From Candidatus Altiarchaeota archaeon (lineage in GTDB: Archaea > Altiarchaeota > Altiarchaeia > IMC4 > SCGC-AAA252-I15), in NCBI GenBank assembly GCA_028712125.1, contig JAQTQS010000001.1, positions 3,526-67,525 of the forward strand: a DNA stretch of 64,000 nucleotides. The letters are read 5' to 3'. The notes under the pieces were generated by a model. It was given only the letters and a program-made list of their open reading frames with translations. It made no database searches and was not told the origin of the DNA. The position numbers were made by a program, and so were the translations under genes. Positions 43,938 to 54,506 of this stretch are shown here, piece after piece; the first letter of the stretch is position 1, and each line of letters opens with the position of its first letter.

Positions 43938-45182
43938 TCAGGTCCCTTCTTCCCAGCCGGAAAGATACTCCTTCTGCCTTGCAGTAAGCGAGTCAATCCG
44001 GATGCCCATGGTCGCAAGCTTCATCTTCGCAACCAGGGAATCAATCTCAACAGGCACGGGATAAACGCCGGGAGCAAGCTTATTCTTGTTTATATACGCA
44101 CAAGACAACGCCTGGTCGGCAAAACTCATGTCCATCACCTCGGAAGGATGGCCTTCGGCTGCCGCAAGGTTTACAAGCCTTCCTTCGGCAAGCAGGTAAA
44201 TCCTCTTTCCGCCCTTCAGCGTGTACATGACTACGTTATCCCGCATGACTTTTTTTCCGGCTGAAAGCTTCTCCAAATCCGGGACGACTATTTCCACGTT
44301 GAAATGACCGGAATTCGCAAGTACCGCGCCGTCCTTCATTTTCCTGATATGCCGCTCGCAGATGATGTCAATGTCGCCCGTGGCGGTGATGAAAATGTCG
44401 CCTATGCTGCTGGCCGAATCCATCGGCATGACACGGTAGCCGTCCATCGCGGCCTGCAATGCCTTGACCGGGTCGACCTCGCAGACGATGACGTTCGCGC
44501 CCATGCCCTGCGAGCGCATCGCAATGCCCTTCCCGCACCACCCGTAGCCGGCCACGACCACGGTCTTGCCCGAGAACAGTATGTTGGTAGACCGCAATAT
44601 GCCGTCGAGCGTGGACTGGCCCGTGCCGTAATGGTTGTCGAACATGTGCTTGGTGTCGGCGTCGTTGGTCGCTATGACCGCGTATTCCAAGGCGTTGTCT
44701 TTTTCCATGGCGCGCAGTCGGATGACGCCGGTAGTGGTCTCTTCACAGCCGCCCTTCACCACGGACAGAAGCTCGCGACGGTGCTTGTGTATCGTGAAAA
44801 CCAAGTCCCCGCCGTCGTCAATCGTAATCTGCGGCTTATGGTCGAGCACCTTGTTCAGGTTCTCGTAATACTCCTTGGCAGACTGGCCCCGCCAGGCGTA
44901 TACGTCGACGCCCTCCTTCGCAAGGGCTGCCGCAACGTCGTCCTGCGTGGAGAGCGGGTTGCATCCGGCTATGGCGACCCTCGCCCCGCCGGCGACTAGA
45001 GTGCGCACAAGGACTGCAGTCTCCTTTGTGACGTGCAACGCGAAACCGACCGTGACGCCTCTGAGAGGCTTCTTGGCCGTAAACTGCTTCCTGATTTCCA
45101 TCAAGACCGGCATGTGGCTTTCGGCCCAGTCGACCTTCAGCGCGCCCTGAGCGGCCAGCCTGATGTCCTTTACTTTGCTCAT
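43938..45182 (-). CDS. ahcY: adenosylhomocysteinase (S-adenosyl-L-homocysteine hydrolase)
   Basis: The NAD-binding GxGxxG is [12 protein letters not shown], and the substrate-domain motifs (HMTKETAVL-like, GVSEETTTGV-like CEETTTGV) match. The track start at 45215 adds 11 aa. Confidence 0.85.
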   Translation of the reverse strand: MSKVKDIRLAAQGALKVDWAESHMPVLMEIRKQFTAKKPLRGVTVGFALHVTKETAVLVRTLVAGGARVAIAGCNPLSTQDDVAAALAKEGVDVYAWRGQSAKEYYENLNKVLDHKPQITIDDGGDLVFTIHKHRRELLSVVKGGCEETTTGVIRLRAMEKDNALEYAVIATNDADTKHMFDNHYGTGQSTLDGILRSTNILFSGKTVVVAGYGWCGKGIAMRSQGMGANVIVCEVDPVKALQAAMDGYRVMPMDSASSIGDIFITATGDIDIICERHIRKMKDGAVLANSGHFNVEIVVPDLEKLSAGKKVMRDNVVMYTLKGGKRIYLLAEGRLVNLAAAEGHPSEVMDMSFADQALSCAYINKNKLAPGVYPVPVEIDSLVAKMKLATMGIRIDSLTARQKEYLSGWEEGT

Positions 45183-45280
45183 GTTGAGAACGAGAATACT
45201 ATGCGATTTGCGCAATAAAACATCTGTCGCTATCTGGCAATCGCTTGTTTAAAACGCGAAATTCACAGTAGTATTCAGAA

Positions 45281-45793
45281 ATGAGCGACATGGCAAAACC
45301 GCCTTTAATCACATTCCGAAGTGTCGGGAGTAAGGACCTTACGCGCCTCAACGAAATCGTGAATCACCCGCAGGTGGCCCGTTTTCTAAACCTGATACCG
45401 CCGGTGTCAATGAAGTCAACGGTGGAATTCTACGAGCAATGCAAAAAAGGCAACGCACTGCTTTACGCAATCATCGTCAACGGCATCCTTGCCGGCTCGG
45501 TCTGCCTTACGCCCCGGAAAAAAGACGGCAAGCAGGCCCACGTCGCGGAATTCGGAATAAGCATCGATAGGGAGTGCTGGGGCATGGGCGCAGGCGCTAA
45601 GGCGATAGACAGGATTATTTCGGAAGGCAGGAAGCGGGGAATCAAACGCGTCGAATTCGAAGTCGTGGCCGGCAATACCCGGGCCTTAAGGCTCTACCGC
45701 AGGAAAGGCTTCAAAGAGGAAGGCGTGAAGGAAAAGTCCTTCAAAATCAACGGCCGCTATCACGACACGCTCGTAATGGCAATGCTCCTCTGA
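45281..45793 (+). CDS. GNAT family N-acetyltransferase
   Basis: ECWGMGAGAKAIDRIISEGRKRGIKRVEFEVVAGNTRALRLYRRKGF is an acetyl-CoA binding motif. Confidence 0.7.
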   Translation: MSDMAKPPLITFRSVGSKDLTRLNEIVNHPQVARFLNLIPPVSMKSTVEFYEQCKKGNALLYAIIVNGILAGSVCLTPRKKDGKQAHVAEFGISIDRECWGMGAGAKAIDRIISEGRKRGIKRVEFEVVAGNTRALRLYRRKGFKEEGVKEKSFKINGRYHDTLVMAMLL

Positions 45794-45835
45794 AAAGCCA
45801 GGACCGATGATACGAGCGCCTGACGCCCGATAAAG

Positions 45836-46210
45836 TCAACCGCACGAGCCGACGGGGCCCGTCCTCCTCGTGCGGCACGTCTCGATGATGGATACCTCAT
45901 CATCGCTGGATAATTGAGGCCTCTTGGCATGCCCGGCCAAACCGCTTTCGTTCGCAGGGACTGTTCCCTCGAGGATGTGGTAAATCGAACCGGAGTCTTC
46001 GACAATCAATGACGCGCCTGGCACGACAAGGAGCTCGTCGCCCTCGCGATGGATGTAAAGCTCTATAAGGCAGTCCTTCCCGAACTCCACAAAGGAGACG
46101 TCAAGCCCGACCACGCTCCCGCGGCGCAGCTCTCCGGCCGCAACCGCCTTGTCGGTCAGCTCCTCGGGAATGCCCTTCACATACCTAATCTTCTTCACCA
46201 ATACACGCAT
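45836..46210 (-). CDS. hypothetical protein
   Basis: The ORF is about 125 aa with no confident motif. The start is probably MRVLVKK. Confidence 0.3.
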   Translation of the reverse strand: MRVLVKKIRYVKGIPEELTDKAVAAGELRRGSVVGLDVSFVEFGKDCLIELYIHREGDELLVVPGASLIVEDSGSIYHILEGTVPANESGLAGHAKRPQLSSDDEVSIIETCRTRRTGPVGSCG

Positions 46211-46366
46211 CTTAAAACCACCTCTCAAAAAAAATGAAGTAATGAATTTGACGACTTAGTATAAAAATCAAAGAAAGGATTTTGCTTTGTTTCAAAATTC
46301 GGAGGGTCTGCGGGACTATTTATTGCAGGTTCTTTAATCATGAAGCCAAATGGGTAATCAGAGGGT

Positions 46367-47365
46367 TTGTTTCAAACGATGAAAGTCAACGGAAAATCCT
46401 ATAGGACGGTCTGGATGGAGGGCAATATTGTCAGGATGATTGACCAGCTAAGGCTCCCGCATGAATTCAAGATACACGAATGCAAGACTTACCTTGAAAC
46501 CGCCGACGCCATCAAAAACATGACAATTCGGGGCGCGCCGGCCATCGGCGCGACCGCGTGCTATGGGATGGCGCAGGCTGTATCAGCCGGCGTTTCTATT
46601 GACGTTGCCGAACGCGAGTTAGGCGCTACACGTCCGACCGCCCACGACCTCTTTGACGCCATCGGATTTTTCAGAAAGCGCTATAACGGCTCTAACGCGG
46701 CTGCCGTCGCATCCTCATACGCGGACGCCTCGGTCGAACGCTGCAGGAAAATAGGCGAATTTGGCCAGCGGCTGATTAAGGACGGCATGCGGGTCCTGAC
46801 GCACTGTAATGCCGGATGGCTGGCGTGCGTGGACTACGGCACGGCCACAGCCCCGATGTACGTCGCGCATGAGAAAGGCAGGAAGTTCTTCGTCTGGGTT
46901 GACGAGACTAGGCCGAGGCTCCAGGGCGCGAAGCTGACGGCTTGGGAGCTGTCACAATGCGGCATTGATCATGCGGTGATAGCCGACAACGCGGCCGGCT
47001 ACTTCATGCGGCGCCGCGAAGTGGACATTGTCATAGTCGGCGCGGACCGGATTGCGGCGAACGGCGACGTTGCGAACAAGATAGGGACCTATGAGAAGGC
47101 AGTCCTTGCGAAAGAGAGCGGGATACATTTCTACGTCGCCGCGCCGGCTTCCACATTCGACCTTGAGGCGAGGACCGGGAGCGACATCCCAATAGAGGAG
47201 CGAGGCGGGGATGAGGTCGCCTTCATCGAAGGCGTCCGCATAACGCCCGAAGGCTCGAAAGCAAGGAATCCCGCCTTTGACATCACGCCCGCAAAATACG
47301 TAACCGGCATCATCACTGAGGAGGGAATCCTGAACCCGTGGGAAAAACCTGCCAGCCTTGTTTGA
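46367..47365 (+). CDS. mtnA: eIF-2B alpha/beta/delta-like family isomerase (methylthioribose-1-phosphate or ribose-1,5-bisphosphate isomerase)
   Basis: GNIVRMIDQLRLPHEF...TIRGAPAIGATACYGMA and the C-terminal DxxIVGADRIAANGDVANKIGTY match the family. Confidence 0.75.
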   Translation: MFQTMKVNGKSYRTVWMEGNIVRMIDQLRLPHEFKIHECKTYLETADAIKNMTIRGAPAIGATACYGMAQAVSAGVSIDVAERELGATRPTAHDLFDAIGFFRKRYNGSNAAAVASSYADASVERCRKIGEFGQRLIKDGMRVLTHCNAGWLACVDYGTATAPMYVAHEKGRKFFVWVDETRPRLQGAKLTAWELSQCGIDHAVIADNAAGYFMRRREVDIVIVGADRIAANGDVANKIGTYEKAVLAKESGIHFYVAAPASTFDLEARTGSDIPIEERGGDEVAFIEGVRITPEGSKARNPAFDITPAKYVTGIITEEGILNPWEKPASLV

Positions 47366-47397
47366 ATTTTTTAAACCAGAACGCCCAATACTCATGG

Positions 47398-47844
47398 ATG
47401 AACGGAGGGATAGTCGAGAAGAACGGCCAAAACGGCATAGTCCCTGCTCCCGACCCAGCCAAGGAACTGCCGGCCGAGAAGGCCGTGCCGTTGACGGCCG
47501 ACGAGGCGCAAGCCGTTGAACGGGTTAGGAAGGCGCTGTACTACGGGGAGTATTATAGGCTGACGGCGGCCGCACCGTATGATTACCAAAAAGTAGCGGA
47601 ATCCACGGACCATGCGAGGGATGCGCTTTCAAAGCCGACCAGGGCGGGGATTCTACAGGCGGTCGGGAAGCTTACAGACCATGAGAAGACGCTGATTTCA
47701 ACGGCGGCGCACAGGGCTGATGCGACCGACGCGCATCTGATTCACGCCATATACGGCGGCGCGCTCCCGGGAAAAGACCCTTCAAGCCAAAGGTACAAAA
47801 TCATCGGCGAGATACTTGCCGCGGTCAGGAGAACGGATAAGTGA
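47398..47844 (+). CDS. hypothetical protein
   Basis: The ORF is downstream of and partly overlapping mtnA. No motif was found, and the start is uncertain. Confidence 0.3.
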   Translation: MNGGIVEKNGQNGIVPAPDPAKELPAEKAVPLTADEAQAVERVRKALYYGEYYRLTAAAPYDYQKVAESTDHARDALSKPTRAGILQAVGKLTDHEKTLISTAAHRADATDAHLIHAIYGGALPGKDPSSQRYKIIGEILAAVRRTDK

Positions 47845-47905
47845 TTCGCTTTTGGCCGAAACAAAACATTCTCCTTTTTTAAAACGCCTATTAATGTAAT
47901 ATTGT

Positions 47906-50647
47906 ATGAATAAGACTCCAGCATTACTGGCCCTGCTGCCACTGGCTTTGATAATTTCGGCAGGCTGCATCAGCCAGATGAACAAGACCGTAGAATGCTA
48001 TTCGGCTGTGGATTGCGAGGGAAACAGCCACGGCACGTGCAATGGAAGCTGGGACTGCGTCGAAGGCAAGTGCGCATGGGACTGCGGGCCTGCGACGACC
48101 ACCACCATCCCGCCGGGCTCGAAAAACGGCCATTGCGGCGGGCCGGACGGCGTGCGATGCAAAGACGGCCTTACATGCATTTTTGACAGCCCTTGCGTGA
48201 ACTGCGTCGGCGTCGGCGGGATATGCCAAGTCGACGAGTCGGCCGTCTCGCTTGAGCGATTGTTCGCCACTTACTATGAGCCGGTGGAATACGAAGTCCG
48301 GTATAATCCGCCGGATTACAGGCTTCCATTGGATGCCGCGCGAATTTACAACATAAACCACGTGGAGACATTCCTTAAGTTGGATGCGGGCGAGAAGAGC
48401 TCGCTTGCCCATAACGGCGTCATTGTCATTAGAAATCCGTATAATCCGCGCGAGGACGGCATAACGGACGTCTATACCAACCTGAAGGACGCTGAAATCC
48501 CGGTGTTCATCACGAGCGACAGCCTCCTGCACCTCTATCACATACAGTTCGACGAGACGCTCCGCACTGTCGAGGAGCAGCAGTTCTACGATTTCGCGTG
48601 GAACATAAGCCGGAGGCTTCTGGAGGAGAACAACCGCGGCTATGCGCAATCCAGCGGCGAAATCAAGGAGGCTTACCGCAGGAACATGGCCTTCTTCTCG
48701 GTCGCAATGAGCCTGCTCGCGCCCGCGCCAGACCAGTCGTGTTTGGAAGACGAATACGGGCAGGGTTATTCGGATAAATGGGAGTGCATGAACGATGAAA
48801 GCAAGTTCCCGCACGCAGAGTACGTGCTCTACCGCTTCAACGCGTCGCCTGAAGTGAAAGACAATGTGGACGCGGAGCTCGCGCTCATAAGAAGGCATGA
48901 TGGTTTCAGCGCGTCGCCGCTGTTCGGCTACAAGGAGGACTACAGCCAGTATGTCCCGCGGGGGCATTACACCCGCAGCGAAAAGCTGAAGAACTACTTC
49001 AAGGCGCTGATGTGGTACGGCAGGATGAGCTTCCTGCTGAAGGAAAGCCCCATCATATCAAAGGAAGACGCGAGAATGCAGACCCTACAGGCGTCGCTCA
49101 TAGCAAGCCAGCTCATGACCGACCCGGACGCGAAGAGGATGTGGGACAACATATACGCAGTCACCTCATTCTACGTCGGCTTCAGCGACGACCTAGGGCC
49201 TTATGAATACCGTGAGGCGTTAGGCAAGGTCTTCGGCGGACAAGTCCCCTGCGAGAGCGGCTGCCCGCTGGGCGAGACGTGCTACAGCTCGCAACTATGC
49301 TCCACCGGGCCTTCGGGGACAGTCTGCGGAAAGCAGACCGGAGACCTACTCTGCCACAAGCCCTGCTCAACCGACCAGGACTGCCCGGGCGGCCAGTACT
49401 GCCGTACTGTGACGATGTGGAGCGGCGACACCGGCTCAGACGCGCGACTGTGCTTATCAAAGCCTTTCGCGCCGGAAGATTTGAACGAATCCTCGCTCGA
49501 ACAATTGAAAGCGGAACTCGCAACCTACCGGGCGCCGAAGATATACGGCGGCACCGGAGACTGCGAGGTTACGCCGGGCTCGCGCGACGGCATACTCGCC
49601 TGCCTTGAGGCCACAAAGGGCCTGAGGCTGATGGGCCAGCGGTTCATCCCGGATTCCTACATGTTCCAGAACCTTGTGAACAGCGGGAACGTCGGCTTTT
49701 ACACCGGGGCGCAGCCGGTGCCGTTCACCTACGGCGAGTCTACGAGAGTGTTCCCAAGGGGATTGGACGTGATGGTGCTGCTCGGCTCCAAACGCGCGAG
49801 AGATATTGAGAAGTCGGCGAAGGACGACGCCTACCAGAATTACTCTACGGCCTACGGACGCCTTGAGGATGAGTTCAACGGCTTTACGCCGGAAGAGTGG
49901 AACCGCAACCTCTACTGGAGCTATCTATACAGCCTCCAGCCGCTGCTTGCGGACTTCAACGAGAGCCATCCCGCATTCATGCGCTCGGACGCATGGAAGG
50001 ACAAGGAGCTCTTGACTGCGCTCGCCGCATGGACTGAACTGCGGCACGACACCATCCTGTACGCCAAGCAGAGCTACACGATGAGGGAGACCGCGATGCC
50101 GGACATTTTGCCTGAAAAGCCGGTCGTCGGCTACGTCGAGCCGGTGCCGGAATTCTACGCCCGCCTGCTTGCGCTCACCCGCATGACCACGCGCGGCCTG
50201 GACGACTTGGGCGCGATAGACGAGACAAGCCGCTACAGGCTGAAAAAGCTGGAATCGGTGCTCAAACGCCTGCTGGACATATCGGCGCAGGAGCTCAGGA
50301 ACAGGGAGCTCTCGCAGGAGGACTACGATTTCATCAAAAACTTCGACGCAAGCCTGAACGGCGTCATACAGGACGTTGACGAGAAGGCAAAGAAGACAAC
50401 GATAATCGCGGACGTGCACACGGACTCAAACTCCGGCCAGGTGCTGGAGGAAGGCGTCGGCTATGTGAACATAGCGGTCGTCGCCTACCAGTTGCCGGAC
50501 GGCAGGGTGCTTGCGGGCGCAGGGCCGGTCTTCACGTATTACGAGTTCAAGCACCCTATGGGTGACCGGCTGACTGACGAGGGATGGCGCACGATGCTTG
50601 AGACGAACCCGCCGTCACCGCCGGAATGGGCTTTGAATGCAACATGA
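47906..50647 (+). CDS. secreted lipoprotein-like protein with N-terminal Cys-rich modules, DUF3160-like
   Basis: A signal peptide is followed by a Cys (LALIISAGC). Two Cys-rich modules read CEGNSHGTCNGSWDCVEGKCAWDC and PCESGCPLGETCYSSQLC...CSTDQDCPGGQYC. The large conserved body (YVPRGHYTRSEKLKNYFKALMWYGRMSF) is recalled as DUF3160, at low confidence. Confidence 0.45.
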   Translation: MNKTPALLALLPLALIISAGCISQMNKTVECYSAVDCEGNSHGTCNGSWDCVEGKCAWDCGPATTTTIPPGSKNGHCGGPDGVRCKDGLTCIFDSPCVNCVGVGGICQVDESAVSLERLFATYYEPVEYEVRYNPPDYRLPLDAARIYNINHVETFLKLDAGEKSSLAHNGVIVIRNPYNPREDGITDVYTNLKDAEIPVFITSDSLLHLYHIQFDETLRTVEEQQFYDFAWNISRRLLEENNRGYAQSSGEIKEAYRRNMAFFSVAMSLLAPAPDQSCLEDEYGQGYSDKWECMNDESKFPHAEYVLYRFNASPEVKDNVDAELALIRRHDGFSASPLFGYKEDYSQYVPRGHYTRSEKLKNYFKALMWYGRMSFLLKESPIISKEDARMQTLQASLIASQLMTDPDAKRMWDNIYAVTSFYVGFSDDLGPYEYREALGKVFGGQVPCESGCPLGETCYSSQLCSTGPSGTVCGKQTGDLLCHKPCSTDQDCPGGQYCRTVTMWSGDTGSDARLCLSKPFAPEDLNESSLEQLKAELATYRAPKIYGGTGDCEVTPGSRDGILACLEATKGLRLMGQRFIPDSYMFQNLVNSGNVGFYTGAQPVPFTYGESTRVFPRGLDVMVLLGSKRARDIEKSAKDDAYQNYSTAYGRLEDEFNGFTPEEWNRNLYWSYLYSLQPLLADFNESHPAFMRSDAWKDKELLTALAAWTELRHDTILYAKQSYTMRETAMPDILPEKPVVGYVEPVPEFYARLLALTRMTTRGLDDLGAIDETSRYRLKKLESVLKRLLDISAQELRNRELSQEDYDFIKNFDASLNGVIQDVDEKAKKTTIIADVHTDSNSGQVLEEGVGYVNIAVVAYQLPDGRVLAGAGPVFTYYEFKHPMGDRLTDEGWRTMLETNPPSPPEWALNAT

Positions 50648-51290
50648 GATGGACGAGAGGGACAAGATAACGATAGACCGGGAGACGTTCAAGGCGCTGG
50701 CAGCAGACAGCAGGATAGAGATTTTAAAGCGCTTGGAAGAGCACAAGCTGACGCTGACAGACCTTGCAGAAAAGCTGAAGATGAGCCCCTCCACGGTAAA
50801 GGAGCACTTGGACAGGCTCTCAGCGGCCGGCCTGATAGAGCAATTGCCCGGCGACGCGAAATGGAAGTACTACAAGCTCACCAGGAAGGGTAAGAACATC
50901 CTCAATCCCTATGAGACGAGGGTCTGGTTCGTGCTCGCGGTCTCTGCGATAGGGCTGATAGGCATCCTAATCGACCTCTTCGGGAGGATGACGGTCTTTA
51001 ACACATCCATCATGTCTCGCATGGAAGAGACGCTGCCGCAGGCGGGGGGGACGCGCATGCTCTCAGACGCGATGAAGAACGTCACATCAGAACCTGAAGT
51101 CATGCTAAAGGCCGCATCGGAAGCGGCCGACACGGCAACCACGACCCTCGCAACCGCCCTGGAATCAGCATCCCACGCACGCGGCATAATCGAGACCATG
51201 CCGACCGGAGAAATCGCCCTCGCGCTCGTCCTGACGCTGGCGGTAGGCCTATGCATCGGCCTTTTGATGAAGAAGAAAAGCATGCTATAG
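50637..51290 (+). CDS. ArsR-family winged-helix regulator with C-terminal TM helices (membrane-tethered)
   Basis: The HTH is LADSRIEILKRLEEHKLTLTDLAEKLKMSPSTVKEHLDRL. Two hydrophobic helices follow at about residues 85-110 and 190-212. Confidence 0.55.
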   Translation: MQHEMDERDKITIDRETFKALAADSRIEILKRLEEHKLTLTDLAEKLKMSPSTVKEHLDRLSAAGLIEQLPGDAKWKYYKLTRKGKNILNPYETRVWFVLAVSAIGLIGILIDLFGRMTVFNTSIMSRMEETLPQAGGTRMLSDAMKNVTSEPEVMLKAASEAADTATTTLATALESASHARGIIETMPTGEIALALVLTLAVGLCIGLLMKKKSML

Positions 51291-51352
51291 GGCGTATGCA
51301 GACTTTTTACCTTCAAGTCGAATGTATAGGTAAGTTCTATCGGGGTGCATGA

Positions 51353-53101
51353 TTGGCCAAAAGAAAGAAAGCTGCAAGCATCGAGACAACGGATGGCGGG
51401 CAACCGGACGCCGGCCAGCACGTCGCCTCCGCCGGGAAAGGCCAGACGCCCAGGCAGGACTGGTATCTCGCAGGCGGGCTGTTCCTCATCGCACTCCTCC
51501 TGAGACTTCGGTTCGTAAACGCCGGACTATTCTACACGGACGCGGTGATAGCCGCACAGAACGCGGAAGCGACCTACAACACGCTCAGCATACACTACAT
51601 GCACGGCGTAGGCTACCCCGGCCACGTGATTATGATAGCCGTGCTTTACGCAATCGCCAAGCTCTTCTTCGGCGTCGCGACGGCGGAATCCTCGACATTG
51701 TTCATCTCGCTGTTCACCGCTGCGCTTTCGGTCGGACTGCTCTATCTGCTGGTCAGAAAAATGGGCGGCTCCAAGTTCGCAGGCATCTCCGCAGCGCTCG
51801 TCCTAAACACGCTTCCCGTATACCTTTCGACCTCGACATTCGGCATGAGCCACCAGCCGGCAGGCCTGTTCATGCTCCTCTCGTTCTACCTCGCCATGCT
51901 TGCGGCCGAAACAGGGGACGTCAGGCTGAAGCTTGCCGCGCCGCTGTCGCTCGGCTGGGCGGCCGCGATAAGGCTTGAGACTATCCAGATGCTCCCCCTC
52001 ATGCTGCTGTTCTACTGGATTAAACGCCCGCCCGCATCAATCGGCATAAGCGAGGGATACCTCAAATTCAGGCTGAAGACAGGAAAGGACGAGCTCGTAA
52101 AGGACGCAGCCTACGCAATAATTCCCGCAATCATAATGCTCGCCATCCCCTACATACCCATGCTGCGCGAAAGCGGCCTGAAGACGCTGATAGACGCATT
52201 TGAATACAACCGCTGGCTGGGACTATGGGTCAGCGGCCTGACAGAGCTGGTGATAGAGTGGGTGACAATCTCGCTGACGCAGTATGGCTGGCTGCTCGTG
52301 CTCTTCGGGATGGCCGCGCTGTTCGCGCGAAAGGAGAAGGGCCCGTTCATCGCCATGCTCCTGTGGTGCTTCTACTTCCTCGTGCTCGCCAATACCCTGA
52401 CCGTGGAAGACCGCCACACGATACCCGCATTAATCGGTTTTACGGTCGCCATCGGCTTCGCTCTGGACTGGGCATACAGGAGGATACACGCGATAGCAGG
52501 CATTGCGATAATGCTCGCGCTCCTCGGAATCATGCTCTCCACAATCTACCCGATACTCGACTACCGGGCCAACTTCTGCGGGCCGAAATCGTTCACATTC
52601 GCGATAAAGGACATCATCGAGAAAAACTCGGTGGTAATCGTAATGGACGAGGCGCCCCACCTCCAGTACTACGGCGGCCTCGACACCATCGGCCATCCCC
52701 TCGACGGGGACATGGTTAAGATTGAAAAGAGCCTTGCCGAGCTTCACGGCTACCTGGCGAACGGCACGAACGTCTATCTAGTCTCCAGCGCCTTCGTCTA
52801 CGACTCAGGCGCCGGAATCTCCTACGATCAGTCTTCAGGAAGGCTGTACAACACCCAGACGAGAAAGGTCTTCGAAAACCTGCAGCTGAACAAGGACGGG
52901 AAGTCCATGACAGACACGTCAACAGGCGTCAGCATACCGATATACGGCATATGGCAGATGGAACTCTTCTCGGAATTCACAGTCCTGCCTCTCAAGTCCA
53001 TCGAAAACGAAGACTGGCACAAGCGCAACGTCATAACCGGAAAATACGACGAGACACTGTTCAGGATAACAGACCGTCCGGCCAATCAGAGAGGAACATG
53101 A
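51353..53101 (+). CDS. GT-C fold glycosyltransferase (PMT/ArnT-like, GT39/GT83) membrane protein
   Basis: It has 12 or more TM helices with an N-terminal loop bearing acidic residues, the architecture of dolichyl/undecaprenyl-phosphate-sugar transferases. Confidence 0.5.
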   Translation: MAKRKKAASIETTDGGQPDAGQHVASAGKGQTPRQDWYLAGGLFLIALLLRLRFVNAGLFYTDAVIAAQNAEATYNTLSIHYMHGVGYPGHVIMIAVLYAIAKLFFGVATAESSTLFISLFTAALSVGLLYLLVRKMGGSKFAGISAALVLNTLPVYLSTSTFGMSHQPAGLFMLLSFYLAMLAAETGDVRLKLAAPLSLGWAAAIRLETIQMLPLMLLFYWIKRPPASIGISEGYLKFRLKTGKDELVKDAAYAIIPAIIMLAIPYIPMLRESGLKTLIDAFEYNRWLGLWVSGLTELVIEWVTISLTQYGWLLVLFGMAALFARKEKGPFIAMLLWCFYFLVLANTLTVEDRHTIPALIGFTVAIGFALDWAYRRIHAIAGIAIMLALLGIMLSTIYPILDYRANFCGPKSFTFAIKDIIEKNSVVIVMDEAPHLQYYGGLDTIGHPLDGDMVKIEKSLAELHGYLANGTNVYLVSSAFVYDSGAGISYDQSSGRLYNTQTRKVFENLQLNKDGKSMTDTSTGVSIPIYGIWQMELFSEFTVLPLKSIENEDWHKRNVITGKYDETLFRITDRPANQRGT

Positions 53102-54324
53102 AGGAATACAACGCCGACTTCCACATGCACTCGAAATACAGCGGCGGAAGCTCTGACGCCATGGTCCTGCCGGAAATCGCAAGACAGGCCGTATTAAAAG
53201 GCCTGGACCTTGTCGGGACTTCGGATGCGACCAATCCCAACTGGCTCGAACACCTCGAAGAGCACCTCACCATGGACGGCGACGGGGCATACGCCATCAA
53301 GGGATACAAAACGAAGTTCATCGTCACTACCGAGATAGAAGACTCATACCGCGTACACCACTTAATACTCCTCCCGACGATAGACGCCGCAAAGGAGCTG
53401 AGGAGGAAACTTTCGCCCCACTCCGTCGACATAGACCGGGAAGGCAGGCCCCACATACAGCTCGCAGGCGAAAAGCTTGCGGAATTTACGGCGGATGTTG
53501 GCGGGATGCTCGGCCCGTCCCACGCCTTCACGCCGTGGACAGCGGTGTACAAGGAATACCGGACGCTTGCGGAATGCTACGGCGGCATGCTCCATCACGT
53601 CAAATACCTCGAGCTCGGCCTTTCCGCAGACACCGACATGGCGGACCGCATCGGAGAGCTGCAGGAACTGACGTTCATGAGCAACTCGGACTGCCATTCC
53701 CCGTCCCCGCACAGGCTGGGCAGGGAGTTCAACCGCGTGCTGATGAAGAACCCGGGCTTTGACGAAGTAAGGCAGGCGATAGAACGCCACGGAGGACGGA
53801 GATTCACCCTCAACGCAGGCCTCAACCCCCGCGAGGGCAAGTACCACCTCACCGCCTGCAGCCGGTGCTTCACGAAATTCATGATGACTGATGCCGTGAA
53901 CCTTAGATGGAGATGCCCGGAGTGCGGGGGGATTATCAAGAAGGGGGTCGCGGACAGGATATCGGAGCTCGCGTCATTCTCAGAAGTCCGCCACCCAAAG
54001 CACCGCCCGCCCTACATACACTCGCTGCCCCTTGCGGAATGCATCGCCCTCGTCCTCGGCATCAAGACGCTGACCAGCGGCAGAGTGCAGGAGATGTGGC
54101 ACAGGTTCGTTGAGGCATGCGGCAGCGAGATTTCGGCCCTGATAGACGCCCCGGTTGAAGACCTGAAGGCTGTCGACATTGGCGTTGCGGGCGTGATAGA
54201 CAGATTCAGGAGGGACCGTCTGGACTACGTCGCGGGAGGGGGCGGACAGTACGGCAGGCCCACGCTCACGGGCGAAAAGGACGAGTTTTACGGAATCGGC
54301 CAGAAGAAGCTGGGCGACTTCTGA
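53098..54324 (+). CDS. PHP-family phosphoesterase with zinc ribbon (COG1379-like)
   Basis: ADFHMHSKYSGGSS is a PHP motif I. The C4 ribbon is CSRCF...CPECGG. The start ATG overlaps the preceding stop as ATGA; the track start at 52951 is antisense-overlapped. Confidence 0.6.
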   Translation: MKEYNADFHMHSKYSGGSSDAMVLPEIARQAVLKGLDLVGTSDATNPNWLEHLEEHLTMDGDGAYAIKGYKTKFIVTTEIEDSYRVHHLILLPTIDAAKELRRKLSPHSVDIDREGRPHIQLAGEKLAEFTADVGGMLGPSHAFTPWTAVYKEYRTLAECYGGMLHHVKYLELGLSADTDMADRIGELQELTFMSNSDCHSPSPHRLGREFNRVLMKNPGFDEVRQAIERHGGRRFTLNAGLNPREGKYHLTACSRCFTKFMMTDAVNLRWRCPECGGIIKKGVADRISELASFSEVRHPKHRPPYIHSLPLAECIALVLGIKTLTSGRVQEMWHRFVEACGSEISALIDAPVEDLKAVDIGVAGVIDRFRRDRLDYVAGGGGQYGRPTLTGEKDEFYGIGQKKLGDF

Positions 54325-54480
54325 CAATGAGCAGTCATGACATTTCGCACCATGCTTTTTGAGAGTCACGCGCGTTTTCCGGCACACTCCGCATGATTCC
54401 CGTGATATAGGCCGCAGCAGTCTTATTTTATGGTTTTTTTGCGGGCGATGGGTCATAATGCCCCATAGAAAGATTTTTAT

Positions 54481-54494
54481 ATAGTCATGACTAT
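54481..54494. promoter_or_regulatory. 14-bp perfect palindrome ATAGTCATGACTAT (putative operator) 12 bp upstream of the 54507 gene; a second GTCATGAC core lies at 54336-54343
   Basis: The palindrome is seen directly in the sequence and is positioned over the promoter/start of a wHTH gene. Confidence 0.4.
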
Positions 54495-54506
54495 ATCATA
54501 ACACTC

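Noticed and set aside
47924-48967. 347-aa minus-strand ORF inside the DUF3160-like gene
   Set aside because: It is an antisense artefact of GC-rich coding sequence. The plus-strand protein has a signal peptide and coherent domains.
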